A stretch of 64,000 nucleotides of DNA from a bacterium (GTDB lineage Bacteria; Zhuqueibacterota; QNDG01; CAYUAG01): assembly GCA_046483025.1 (NCBI GenBank), contig JAWODZ010000116.1, positions 4,302-68,301 of the forward strand. The letters run 5' to 3'. The notes under the pieces are model-generated. The model saw only the letters and a list, made by a program, of their open reading frames with translations. It was not told where the DNA came from and searched no databases. Position numbers and translations under genes: made by a program. Below are positions 51,122 through 60,050 of this stretch, one piece after another. Numbering within the stretch: position 1 is the first letter of the stretch; each line of letters starts with the position of its first letter.

Positions 51122-52192
51122 TTAACGGACCAAAGAAACTATTTTTGATGCAATCTCATCTGCAGGAACTATATACTGATGAGATCCCAACCGTATAGCT
51201 TCTCCCGGCATTCCATGAATTATAGAACTAGCCTTATCCTGAACAATTGTTTTGCCTCCTTTTGATTTAATCAACCCCAGCTCCTTTGCACCATCTTTAC
51301 CCATACCAGTCAGTAAAACACCAATTGCATGTTCTCCAAAAGATTGAGCCACTGAACGAAAAAGATATGAAACCGACGGTATTAATATGGAATTAGAGTA
51401 ATCATCGTCCAGTAAAATTTTAAAATTTTTATCTATTCTTATCTGAAACCCATCAGGAGCTAAATATGCAGCACCTGGTTCAATATATTCTCCTTGGTCA
51501 GGTATTCTAACATTAAATCCACTTCTGGTACTAAGCCAGCTTGCCATACCAGGAAGAAATCCTTTGGCAATATGTTGAACAATAACAACTGGTAAGGGGA
51601 AATCTCTTGGTAAACTGGATAAAATTTTCTCCAATACTATAGGTCCTCCTGTGGAAGCTCCAATAGCAACAATAGCTATTTTTGTAGGAGGAATTTTTGG
51701 TTTTTTGGAAACCGGCTTTTTAGGAACTTTAACTTTGGGTGCTGGAGGAGGAGCTTTTGTCTTGAATTTATCTTTAGCCCAACGCCGTACTACTTTTACT
51801 TTTGACATGGTGCGAACAGTTTGCACCAATTCTTTCACATAAGGATCAGTATCAGGGGTTGCTAACCCTTGTGGTTTTTCCATCGCTGCAACAGCACCAG
51901 CCTCCATTGTCTTAAATGTTTTCTCAACTTCATCCGGATTATAACTTGCACTTACAATAACAATAGGGGTTGGATTTTGTTCCATAATTTTCCTGGTTGC
52001 AATAAATCCGCTCATCACAGGCATATGGATATCCATGGTGATTATATCCGGTTGTAGGATATCAACCATTTCAACAGCTTCTGCACCATTTTTAGCTAAA
52101 CCTACAACTTCAATATCAGGTTCATTACTGAAAATTTCCTCTAAATATCTTCTTATTACTGTAGAATCTTCTGTGATTAATAGTCTAATCAT
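51122..52192 (-). CDS. cheB: Chemotaxis response regulator protein-glutamate methylesterase CheB
   Basis: N-terminal REC (IITMDIHMPVMSGF), a Pro/Lys-rich linker, and a C-terminal CheB methylesterase domain (AIGASTGGP...VVIVQHIAKGF...LTGMGKDGA). Confidence 0.9.
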   Translation of the reverse strand: MIRLLITEDSTVIRRYLEEIFSNEPDIEVVGLAKNGAEAVEMVDILQPDIITMDIHMPVMSGFIATRKIMEQNPTPIVIVSASYNPDEVEKTFKTMEAGAVAAMEKPQGLATPDTDPYVKELVQTVRTMSKVKVVRRWAKDKFKTKAPPPAPKVKVPKKPVSKKPKIPPTKIAIVAIGASTGGPIVLEKILSSLPRDFPLPVVIVQHIAKGFLPGMASWLSTRSGFNVRIPDQGEYIEPGAAYLAPDGFQIRIDKNFKILLDDDYSNSILIPSVSYLFRSVAQSFGEHAIGVLLTGMGKDGAKELGLIKSKGGKTIVQDKASSIIHGMPGEAIRLGSHQYIVPADEIASKIVSLVR

Positions 52193-52203
52193 TATTATTT
52201 ATA

Positions 52204-54564
52204 CTAAATTAGTTTATTGACAACATTTAACAAATTACTTTGATCAAAACTTCTTTTTACAATATAAGCATCTGCTCCAACGTCAATTCCTCTCTTTTTA
52301 TCTTCATCAGATTCAAGACCAGTAACTAAAACTACCGGAAGTTCTTTTGTGTGCTTATTTGTTCGAATTTTTGAAACAAGTTCAAATCCATTCATACGTG
52401 GCATCTCAATATCAGACACTACTAAATCAAATTTCTGGCTGGTTACTGCTGTGTAGGCTTCTGCACCATCTACTGTTGCTTTAACTGTATAGCCGGCTGT
52501 CCGAAAAATATTCTTTAATAACGTTCGTGAAGTTATTGAATCTTCAGCAATTAAAATTGATTTTTTCACCTTTTTTTCCTCCCTTGTAATTCTTTCTTGA
52601 GATTCTATAGTCGATGCATAAATAGCAGATCTCATTACATCAGATACATTGAGAATTGGTACAATTTTACCACTTCCCATCATAGTTACTCCAGAAACAT
52701 TCGGTACCCGATTTAATTGAGTCCCTAAATTTTTTACCAATACTTCCTGTTCACTAATAATCTCATCTACTGCAAAGCCATATGTTCTATTACCATGTGT
52801 GATGATCAAAGTCTGCAAAAATTGTTTTTCCTTGCTCAATTTTTTACTATCCTGAAGTTTTAATACTTTATTCATACGGGCAAATAAAATTGGTGCACCA
52901 TTATAAGTAATTGTTTCTCTGTTTTTTACAGTTTTAATATCATCTTTTTTAACTCTGATAACTCTTTCCACACTTGAAGTGGGAATAACAAAAGATTCTC
53001 CGTTAACTATAATAACTATTCCGCGAAATGTTGCTAAGGTAACTGGTAAATTTATAATAAAAGAAGTCCCTTTCCCAAGCTTGCTTTCTAATTGTAAAGA
53101 ACCGCCCAAACTTCCAATTTTTTCCCGTACAATTGGTAACCCTAGTCCTCGCCCAGAAACATCTGTAATAATGGGACTGGTAGAAATATCTGTTTCAAAA
53201 ACTAATAATTTTTTTTCATTTTCACTGAGCTTTTCTGCTTCTTCTGCTGAAATCAATCCTCGTTTAACAGCAACATCCTTAACTTTATCAGTATCAATTC
53301 CTGCCCCATCATCAGAAAGAATAATTTCAATCATCCCATTACTCTTTTGAGTAATAGAAATTGTTATGATTCCTGTTTTATCTTTTTTCTTTCTGATCCG
53401 TTCTTTCGGACTTTCCATGCCATGGTCAATACAATTTCTTAATAAATGTATAAAGGGATCTTTCATCTCTTCTAAAATCCTTCTATCCACTTCAATTGTA
53501 CTCCCCTTAATGACCAAATCAACTTCTTTTTTCTGTTCTCTGGAAATATCTCTCACGATTTTAGGAAAAGATTTTAACAAAGTTGAAAAAGGCAGCATTA
53601 ACACTTTTTTTACATCTTCCAATAAAGTGTTTATCCTGGTTCCAACCTGAGTGGAATTATGCTCTGAAAGTTTTGACAAAGAATATAATCTGTTTTCAAT
53701 ATTCTTTAATTTATTCAAAGTATTATCAATAAAATCAAAAATATCTAACGATTTTTTGTAGGATGACAATTCTTTATTGTTAGCAATCACATCATTAACT
53801 ATTTTTCTAATAATTTTTATATCATTTATCTGTTTTTCCCATTCAATTTTTAGATTACTGACAGAATTCTTTATTGATCCAATGTCATATGTCTGCTGAT
53901 CTGCTGATAATTTAGCAATCAACATTTCCTCAGCTTCCAACATTATGGAATCTAATTTAGAAGTAGAAACCCGTATTGTTTCCGAAACTAATGATGTCTC
54001 TTGAGCTGAAGATATACTTTTTTTAGTATCAGTTTTTTTTGTATCAGTCTTTCTCCCATCTTTTTTAGAAGGCTGTTTGTCTGTGTCAGCGAGGGATTTT
54101 TTTGTTTGTACCGGAGTAGCTGGCTCTTTTTTCTTTTCCTTGACTTTTGTACCGACATCCTTTTTCTTGGCTTTTTCTTTAATGATCCGTTTAAGTTTGA
54201 ATAACAAATCCGATATATCAACATCTTTACCGGATAAAATCATATCATTTAAGGAATCAATGGCCTTATGAAGAACATCAAATGATTTCTGATCTAATTC
54301 TACCTCAGCCTGTTTTATTGAGGAAAAAACATCCTCTGAGGTTTGGCATATTGTCTCCACATCTCTCATGTTAACAGCTCGAGCTGCCCCTTTAAGACTG
54401 TGAGTCTCTTTATAAATAAAATCAATGATTTTTAAGAATCTTTCCTGAGAATCACATTTCTCCAATTCAATCAACCCATTCGATATTTTCTTTAAATGTT
54501 CCTCAGCTTCTATCTTAAACATGGAAAGAAGTTCTTCAAAAAAATCTTTATCTGTTTCGTTCAT
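52204..54564 (-). CDS. cheA: Chemotaxis histidine kinase CheA with a C-terminal fused receiver domain (CheA-REC)
   Basis: Hpt (ETHSLKGAARAVN). K/T-rich repetitive linker (KKTDTKKTDTKK). HATPase (HLLRNCIDHGME...DDGAGID...GRGLGLPIV). CheW-like domain. C-terminal REC (ILIAEDSITS...LVVSDIEMPRMNGFEL). Confidence 0.9.
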   Translation of the reverse strand: MNETDKDFFEELLSMFKIEAEEHLKKISNGLIELEKCDSQERFLKIIDFIYKETHSLKGAARAVNMRDVETICQTSEDVFSSIKQAEVELDQKSFDVLHKAIDSLNDMILSGKDVDISDLLFKLKRIIKEKAKKKDVGTKVKEKKKEPATPVQTKKSLADTDKQPSKKDGRKTDTKKTDTKKSISSAQETSLVSETIRVSTSKLDSIMLEAEEMLIAKLSADQQTYDIGSIKNSVSNLKIEWEKQINDIKIIRKIVNDVIANNKELSSYKKSLDIFDFIDNTLNKLKNIENRLYSLSKLSEHNSTQVGTRINTLLEDVKKVLMLPFSTLLKSFPKIVRDISREQKKEVDLVIKGSTIEVDRRILEEMKDPFIHLLRNCIDHGMESPKERIRKKKDKTGIITISITQKSNGMIEIILSDDGAGIDTDKVKDVAVKRGLISAEEAEKLSENEKKLLVFETDISTSPIITDVSGRGLGLPIVREKIGSLGGSLQLESKLGKGTSFIINLPVTLATFRGIVIIVNGESFVIPTSSVERVIRVKKDDIKTVKNRETITYNGAPILFARMNKVLKLQDSKKLSKEKQFLQTLIITHGNRTYGFAVDEIISEQEVLVKNLGTQLNRVPNVSGVTMMGSGKIVPILNVSDVMRSAIYASTIESQERITREEKKVKKSILIAEDSITSRTLLKNIFRTAGYTVKATVDGAEAYTAVTSQKFDLVVSDIEMPRMNGFELVSKIRTNKHTKELPVVLVTGLESDEDKKRGIDVGADAYIVKRSFDQSNLLNVVNKLI

Positions 54565-54587
54565 ATCATCACCTGGATAATCTATGA

Positions 54588-55001
54588 TTAACTTATAATT
54601 TTATCTACTTTCTCAATTAATCCTATTACTTCGTGATCATCACCACTTTCCTTACCTTCTTCTTTTAATGTGTTGATCATTTTCTCTAAAGCATCAAATG
54701 CATTCGAAAGATTCCCGGCAATTTCCTCTGAAACCACAATATCAGACTGCCCCATTTTCCCAAATAGCTTTTCGAAATTATAGCCAGCAGATTCAAGATT
54801 CTCAAAACCAACTGTTCTAGCTGCCCCTTTTAAACTATGAGCCGCTCGTTTTATCTCTTCATAAGTATCTTTCTTATCATCAGACTCTTTTTTTTGTTCT
54901 AATTCATGTAAACATTTCTTCATGGTATTAATGTGTTCTTGACCTTCTAAGATAAACACTCCCATAAGCTCTTTAAAAAACTCAGGATCTTGAAGATTCA
55001 T
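54588..55001 (-). CDS. Standalone Hpt (histidine phosphotransfer) domain protein
   Basis: 137 aa. AAHSLKGAARTVGF is the Hpt phospho-His motif. It sits between the MCP and cheA. Confidence 0.7.
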   Translation of the reverse strand: MNLQDPEFFKELMGVFILEGQEHINTMKKCLHELEQKKESDDKKDTYEEIKRAAHSLKGAARTVGFENLESAGYNFEKLFGKMGQSDIVVSEEIAGNLSNAFDALEKMINTLKEEGKESGDDHEVIGLIEKVDKIIS

Positions 55002-55027
55002 TGGCCTTCTCCTACTTAATTTTAAAA

Positions 55028-56632
55028 CTATAGTTTATATTTTTGCAGTAATTCAGTTAATTGTTTACCAAATTGATAAAGCTCTGTTGTCGCTTCCTCC
55101 ACCTGTTTAGTTGCATTAACATTCTGACTGCTTGCATTTTTAATGTTCTCCATGGCAGATACTACCTGATCCATTCCTACAAGCTGCTCCTGGCTGGAAA
55201 CAGAAATTTGAGTAGTTGATTGAGATGCTTCAGTAACATTTCCGGTTAATTTTTGTATTGCCTCACCTGCTTTTTTTGACTGGTTCACACCGGCTTCCAC
55301 AGCTTTGTTCCCCTGTTCAGTCTGCATAACTGCTTCACTAGTAGCATTCTGTATATCATCTAAAATAGAGCGAACCCTGGTGGTTGCATGTTTTGATTTT
55401 TCTGCAAGCTTTCTTACTTCTTCAGCCACCACGGCAAATCCCTTGCCATATTCACCGGCCTTAACCGCCTCAATTGATGCATTAACTGCTAATAGGCGGG
55501 ACTGTTCTGCCACATCCTCAACTGTGACAATAATTTCCCCTATATCCTGACCATGCTCACTTAATTTCATTATACTTTCCGCTAAACTACCCATTTGATC
55601 TTCAATATGGTGCATGCCCTTAATAGTATCTGCAACAGACTGGCTCCCAGTTTGAGATATTTCCACTACTTTCTGAGCATTTTGAGTAACATCTTTTGCT
55701 TTCTGATTTGAGTCCTTGGCAGTTTGTCTGACTTCTTCTACTGTAGTACTGGTTTCATTTGCAGCTGAGGCTGTCTCTGTTGCACCAGCTGCAATCTCAC
55801 TTACAGAAGTTGATATTTGCCCTGAAGCTGCAGCAAGTTTCTGTGCTCCTTCTTTGATCTGAAGTATAAATTCTCTCAATGATGTTACCATATCTGTAAA
55901 TGTTGAAAACATTTTACTGATTTCATCATCAACTGCCATATCAGACACTTCTATAGACAAATTGCCATCTCTTATCTGTTCAGAAATTTTAGTTATGTCT
56001 TTAATTGATTTTGAAATTGATTTGATAACAAATAATGAGACAAGAATAAAAATTATTGAGAGAACAATAATTACTGATAAAATTATAACTACCATGTTCT
56101 TATTATTATTCCGGGCCATTTGAAAAGAACGTGAAATATCCATATTGGCTTCTCGGATATGTGCAGAAAGCTGAACAGTTAATTGTTGAAAAAGTTCATT
56201 CTGTTCCTGAATTTCATCAAGGACTTCATCTTCTCTGCCATTAAGAATATGTTCGGTTGTTCCTTTGGTTTTAATAAGATATTCCATAATCATATTATTT
56301 ATATTGTTGATATTTTCCGAATCAACAACAGGATTGTCTTTTGCAAGTTTCAGCATTTCATTAAATTGATCTTTTTGTTGATCAAATTGTTGTAATATTG
56401 ATACATCTCTATCAGAACATGCTTGATCTACATTATTTTTAAAATTATTTAATTCATCAACTAAATCAGTATAAAATTCTTTCTCAGGAATATAACCCGA
56501 AACAATTTTGTTCAATAGAACTGAATTTTTATTGGTTAAAAACATTCCCATACAAATAACTACAAGTAGGACAAAAATCGATAGTCCAGGAATCAATAAA
56601 ATTTTTTGGCGAAATTTCAATCTTTTAAACAT
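55028..56632 (-). CDS. Methyl-accepting chemotaxis protein (TM-HAMP-MCP signalling domain)
   Basis: Two TM helices flank a ~150-aa periplasmic region. Highly conserved signalling hairpin LLAVNASIEAVKAGEYGKGFAVVAEEVRKLAEKS. Confidence 0.9.
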   Translation of the reverse strand: MFKRLKFRQKILLIPGLSIFVLLVVICMGMFLTNKNSVLLNKIVSGYIPEKEFYTDLVDELNNFKNNVDQACSDRDVSILQQFDQQKDQFNEMLKLAKDNPVVDSENINNINNMIMEYLIKTKGTTEHILNGREDEVLDEIQEQNELFQQLTVQLSAHIREANMDISRSFQMARNNNKNMVVIILSVIIVLSIIFILVSLFVIKSISKSIKDITKISEQIRDGNLSIEVSDMAVDDEISKMFSTFTDMVTSLREFILQIKEGAQKLAAASGQISTSVSEIAAGATETASAANETSTTVEEVRQTAKDSNQKAKDVTQNAQKVVEISQTGSQSVADTIKGMHHIEDQMGSLAESIMKLSEHGQDIGEIIVTVEDVAEQSRLLAVNASIEAVKAGEYGKGFAVVAEEVRKLAEKSKHATTRVRSILDDIQNATSEAVMQTEQGNKAVEAGVNQSKKAGEAIQKLTGNVTEASQSTTQISVSSQEQLVGMDQVVSAMENIKNASSQNVNATKQVEEATTELYQFGKQLTELLQKYKL

Positions 56633-56657
56633 AACTTTCTCCCTAAATGAATAAAAA

Positions 56658-57230
56658 TCACTCTACTTCCTCATCCACAATAAAATTTGGATCCGTTAAG
56701 ATCTTTTCAATATTTAGTATAATTAAATGATCAGGGGTTATACCTTCTAAATATTTACTCCTTTTATCATTCATAGATATAAAATCTTTTTTTATATTAT
56801 TATTGGATACTATTTTTACCCCCAGAATTCTGTCAGCAAGAATACCCATTTTCATATTATTTTTTTTAACTATCAATACTCTATTTAAATCAGTAAGTCC
56901 TTTCTCCGGCAGATTAAAAAATTTTTTAATGTCAACAATGGAAATTATTTCTCCCCGGAGATTGGTTATTCCCTTTACAAAATCAGGTGTACAGGGAATA
57001 GTGGTAAAATCCTTCATTGAATATACTTCTTTAATATAGGAAGACTCGATTCCATATCTCTCATAAGAAAGTAAAAACTCTATAATTTCAACTGTTGATT
57101 CATCTGCCTCTTTTTTTTTCTGCTCTTCTGCTAATAATTTAGCCCGATGCTTTAAAATTTCATCATCACTTTTATTCACCAAAGCATCTATGGTATCATC
57201 AACTGACTTTTTTTTATTATTATCAATCAT
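56658..57230 (-). CDS. cheW: CheW-like coupling protein
   Basis: CheW domain blocks (ERYGIESSYIKEV...TPDFVKGITNLRGEIISIVD...VLIV...MGILADRI). Confidence 0.8.
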   Translation of the reverse strand: MIDNNKKKSVDDTIDALVNKSDDEILKHRAKLLAEEQKKKEADESTVEIIEFLLSYERYGIESSYIKEVYSMKDFTTIPCTPDFVKGITNLRGEIISIVDIKKFFNLPEKGLTDLNRVLIVKKNNMKMGILADRILGVKIVSNNNIKKDFISMNDKRSKYLEGITPDHLIILNIEKILTDPNFIVDEEVE

Positions 57231-57274
57231 ACAAAACCTTTAATTATTTAATGGATACATTGTATAATATTTTT

Positions 57275-58843
57275 TTAATTAACATCTTTGACAAAATCAA
57301 CCAATTCCCTTAGTCTTCCTGCAGTAATACCTTCAGTTTCCGGTAATATATCCTCATTTTTATATTGCTTCAGCAAAGACAAAACATTTTCATAATATTT
57401 ATTCGATTCTTTAATTTTACCTTCATGTCTATTGATGTTCCCCATCATATAATGAGAAATTACAAAATCAGGATTTAAATAAATAGCTCTTTTTAATGAT
57501 TCTTTTGCCTCCTTAAATTTACCCTTTTCTTGTAAAATAATACCATGAAAATAATGATATGTAGGATCTAATTGTTCCTTTTTTAATGAAAGCTCACACC
57601 ACTCTAAAGCATTCTCAATGTCTCCCAGATTTGCATAATTCTTAGAAATTAACATTAATACTTTAGCATTTTTTTTATCTTCAGGAAATTTTTTCAACAT
57701 CTCAATAGAATAGATATAGTTTCCTTTATTATAATATTTTATTGCTTTATCATAAATGGTATCTTCCTCAACAACATCCTTGTCTTCTGGAATAACTTCA
57801 GATTTACTGTATACAATTTTGTCTAATGGATTATCCTCTAATACACTTTTTAATACGTTTTGTTTGTCATCATTCAATAATATATCATCTTTCCCAATAG
57901 TAGCTGAATCAAAAGATATATTGTTTTCAGTCACTGTATGCTTTAATTTTTGGGGAGCAAAAGTGGTAATATCACTATCATCAAAACCAAAATTACTATC
58001 TTTTCTGTACAATATAGCTCCAGGAAAAGTTACTGAGATATAATCAGGAAATAAAATATGCGAAGTTTCACTGGCTCCAACCACCAACCAGCCATCATTA
58101 TGCAAAGTTTGATAAAATTTTTCTCCAATTTCCTTTGCAGATTTGGACATAAAATACATTAATACATTACGACAAAAAATGATATCCATATTAAAAAAAT
58201 TACTATTTTCAGAAGGGTAGCTACCATTCATCAGATTAAGATAAGAAAAACAAACCATTTCTTTTATGGATGATTTAATTTCATATAAGTTATCACCGAC
58301 TCTATTGAAATATTTATTTTTCAGCCAGTACGGGGTCCCCCGGAAAGACCAGGGTCTGTATATCCCAACAGAAGCTCTCTGTAAATAATCAGGATTTATA
58401 TCTGTACCATAAATCCTGATTGACCAGTCTTTGTAATCCGGAATTAAACGGCTCAGTATTATTGCAATGGTATAAGGTTCTTCTCCAGTACAGCATCCTG
58501 CGCTCCATATTTTCATAAATTTTTCATTACAGTTTCTCTTTTTTTCAATTAAATCAGGAAGTACTTTTTTTTCTAATGCATTAATTGTTTTTTGCTCCCG
58601 CAAAAAATAAGTTTCTCCAATTGTTAATTTTTTAGCTAATATCTCAATTTGATTCTTCTTCAAAGGTGAAGATATTAGCCAGTTAATACATGCCTCTACG
58701 TCATCAAAGCCAAAATCCAAGGAAGCTTCCCTGATGGATTTTAACAGATCCAGCCATTTTTCCTTTGGATAATGTAATCCCATTTGTTTTCTAATATAAT
58801 CACTTAACTCTGCAAGTAATGAATTTGGAATCCGTTTACTCAT
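57275..58843 (-). CDS. cheR: Chemotaxis protein methyltransferase CheR with a C-terminal TPR domain (start set at internal Met MSKRIP)
   Basis: CheR SAM-methyltransferase motifs (KIWSAGCCTGEEPYTIA; TDINPDYLQRA; IIFCRNVLMYF) followed by ~150 aa of TPR repeats. An upstream in-frame extension to 58978 would overlap the cheW-like gene and is a K-rich, low-complexity read-through. Confidence 0.8.
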   Translation of the reverse strand: MSKRIPNSLLAELSDYIRKQMGLHYPKEKWLDLLKSIREASLDFGFDDVEACINWLISSPLKKNQIEILAKKLTIGETYFLREQKTINALEKKVLPDLIEKKRNCNEKFMKIWSAGCCTGEEPYTIAIILSRLIPDYKDWSIRIYGTDINPDYLQRASVGIYRPWSFRGTPYWLKNKYFNRVGDNLYEIKSSIKEMVCFSYLNLMNGSYPSENSNFFNMDIIFCRNVLMYFMSKSAKEIGEKFYQTLHNDGWLVVGASETSHILFPDYISVTFPGAILYRKDSNFGFDDSDITTFAPQKLKHTVTENNISFDSATIGKDDILLNDDKQNVLKSVLEDNPLDKIVYSKSEVIPEDKDVVEEDTIYDKAIKYYNKGNYIYSIEMLKKFPEDKKNAKVLMLISKNYANLGDIENALEWCELSLKKEQLDPTYHYFHGIILQEKGKFKEAKESLKRAIYLNPDFVISHYMMGNINRHEGKIKESNKYYENVLSLLKQYKNEDILPETEGITAGRLRELVDFVKDVN

Positions 58844-58850
58844 TAATAAC

Positions 58851-59438
58851 TCATTTCTTTTTTGTAGATTTTTTGCTTTTTTTACTTTTTTTCTTTTGCT
58901 TTTTTGTACCAGTCTTTTTCTTGGTAGATTTTTTTCTGGAAGGAGTTTTTTTAGTTTTTTGTGATTCTTTCTTAACATCCAGTTTTTTTAATAAGGTATA
59001 GATCTCTTCTTTCTCATCTAAAGAAAGTAATTTATTTAAGTCATTGATGTATATGATATCTCCTTCCAGTTTTAATATCCCATCAACATGAGGAATCCCG
59101 GGAAGCACATTTTTTTTATCAATAATTTTATCTGATGGAATATCAATTATTTCAAGAACATCATCAATTATCAAAGCAATTGATAATTCTTTTACTTTAC
59201 CGATTATCAGGAAATCATCAACATTTACTTTCCTTTCAGGAAATCCAAATATCTTCCGAATATCAATAACCGGCATAATGGTTCCCTGAACATTAATAAC
59301 TCCCAGTACAATATCAGGAGCATTGGGAAGAGATGTTACCTCTACGGATCTTGCAATTCTATTTATTTTCGCTACATCAAAAGCAAATTTGTACTTGTTT
59401 AACTCAAATAACAAAAAATGATATTTTTCTTTTTCCAA
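58851..59438 (-). CDS. cheW: CheW-like coupling protein with a C-terminal poly-lysine tail
   Basis: CheW blocks (FAFDVAKINRIARSV...APDIVLGVINVQGTIMPVIDIRKIFG...FLIIGKV). The last ~40 aa are KKESQKTKKTPSRKKSTKKKTGTKKQKKKSKKSKKSTKKK. Confidence 0.75.
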   Translation of the reverse strand: MEKEKYHFLLFELNKYKFAFDVAKINRIARSVEVTSLPNAPDIVLGVINVQGTIMPVIDIRKIFGFPERKVNVDDFLIIGKVKELSIALIIDDVLEIIDIPSDKIIDKKNVLPGIPHVDGILKLEGDIIYINDLNKLLSLDEKEEIYTLLKKLDVKKESQKTKKTPSRKKSTKKKTGTKKQKKKSKKSKKSTKKK

Positions 59439-59481
59439 TGATTCATTACTCCAAAATTTTTTATTGCATATATAGATTTAA

Positions 59482-59853
59482 TTATTTATTATCAAGAATT
59501 TCTTTTACAACTCCAACCACCTGATGGACATCAAAAGGTTTGGTAATATAAACTTCTGCATTAGCCTCTTCAGCTAATTCAATATCTTTATCAGCATCTT
59601 TTGCAGTTAAAAATATAATGGGTATAGATTGTAATGGCTTATAAAGTTTTATTAATCTGGCAGCAGTCAGACCATCCATCCGCGGCATCACAACATCTAA
59701 AATGATAAGATCAGGTTGATTAGCCTTGGCTTTATCCACCCCTTGCAGACCATCTTCAGCTGTTAACACCTCAAAACCTTCTCTTTCTAAAAACTTTGAT
59801 ATAAGCATTCTTATACCTGAATCATCATCGACTATAAGTATTTTCGAAGACAA
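59482..59853 (-). CDS. cheY: Chemotaxis response regulator CheY (TTG start)
   Basis: Single REC domain (ILIVDDDSGIR...LIILDVVMPRMDG...IIFLTAKDA...EVYITKPF). AAAGGAG lies 6 nt before TTG. Confidence 0.9.
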   Translation of the reverse strand: MSSKILIVDDDSGIRMLISKFLEREGFEVLTAEDGLQGVDKAKANQPDLIILDVVMPRMDGLTAARLIKLYKPLQSIPIIFLTAKDADKDIELAEEANAEVYITKPFDVHQVVGVVKEILDNK

Positions 59854-59877
59854 TTATTATCTCCTTTTTAAATTTGC

Positions 59878-59922
59878 TTTCAAATTGAATAAAATTGATT
59901 TCAAAAATAAATCAATTTGAAA
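59878..59922. promoter_or_regulatory. Nested inverted repeats in the promoter region upstream of cheY; candidate operator
   Basis: Outer 11-bp inverted repeat TTTCAAATTGA...TCAATTTGAAA encloses an inner ATTGATTT...AAATCAAT pair. It lies 25-70 nt upstream of the cheY start, in the only sizeable intergenic gap (197 nt) before the 14-kb chemotaxis array. Confidence 0.3.
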
Positions 59923-60050
59923 TAAATACTATTAAAACTATCTAACTTTATTTTTGCAAATCCTATGCCAAGACATCCTCTTAAATTAAAAAAAGTCATA
60001 TAAGTTATACGGTGTAACCCACAATTTTCTGTACCTGTATAAAAACCTTA

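Noticed and set aside
1620-56395. Numerous 60-140-aa ORFs on the opposite strand of long genes (e.g. 1952-2338, 3236-3571, 16624-16926, 27816-28124, 30156-30491, 37678-37986, 47611-47955, 52979-53350, 55305-55550)
   Set aside because: Each is fully embedded antisense in a gene with strong family evidence. These are typical shadow ORFs and none shows a domain signature.
57275-58978. Longer cheR ORF starting at 58978 (MLRKNHKKLKK...)
   Set aside because: The N-terminal 45 codons are K-rich low complexity produced by an A-rich tract and overlap the 3' end of the cheW-like gene by 128 nt. The internal Met at 58843 (MSKRIP...) leaves an 8-nt gap and is the likelier start.
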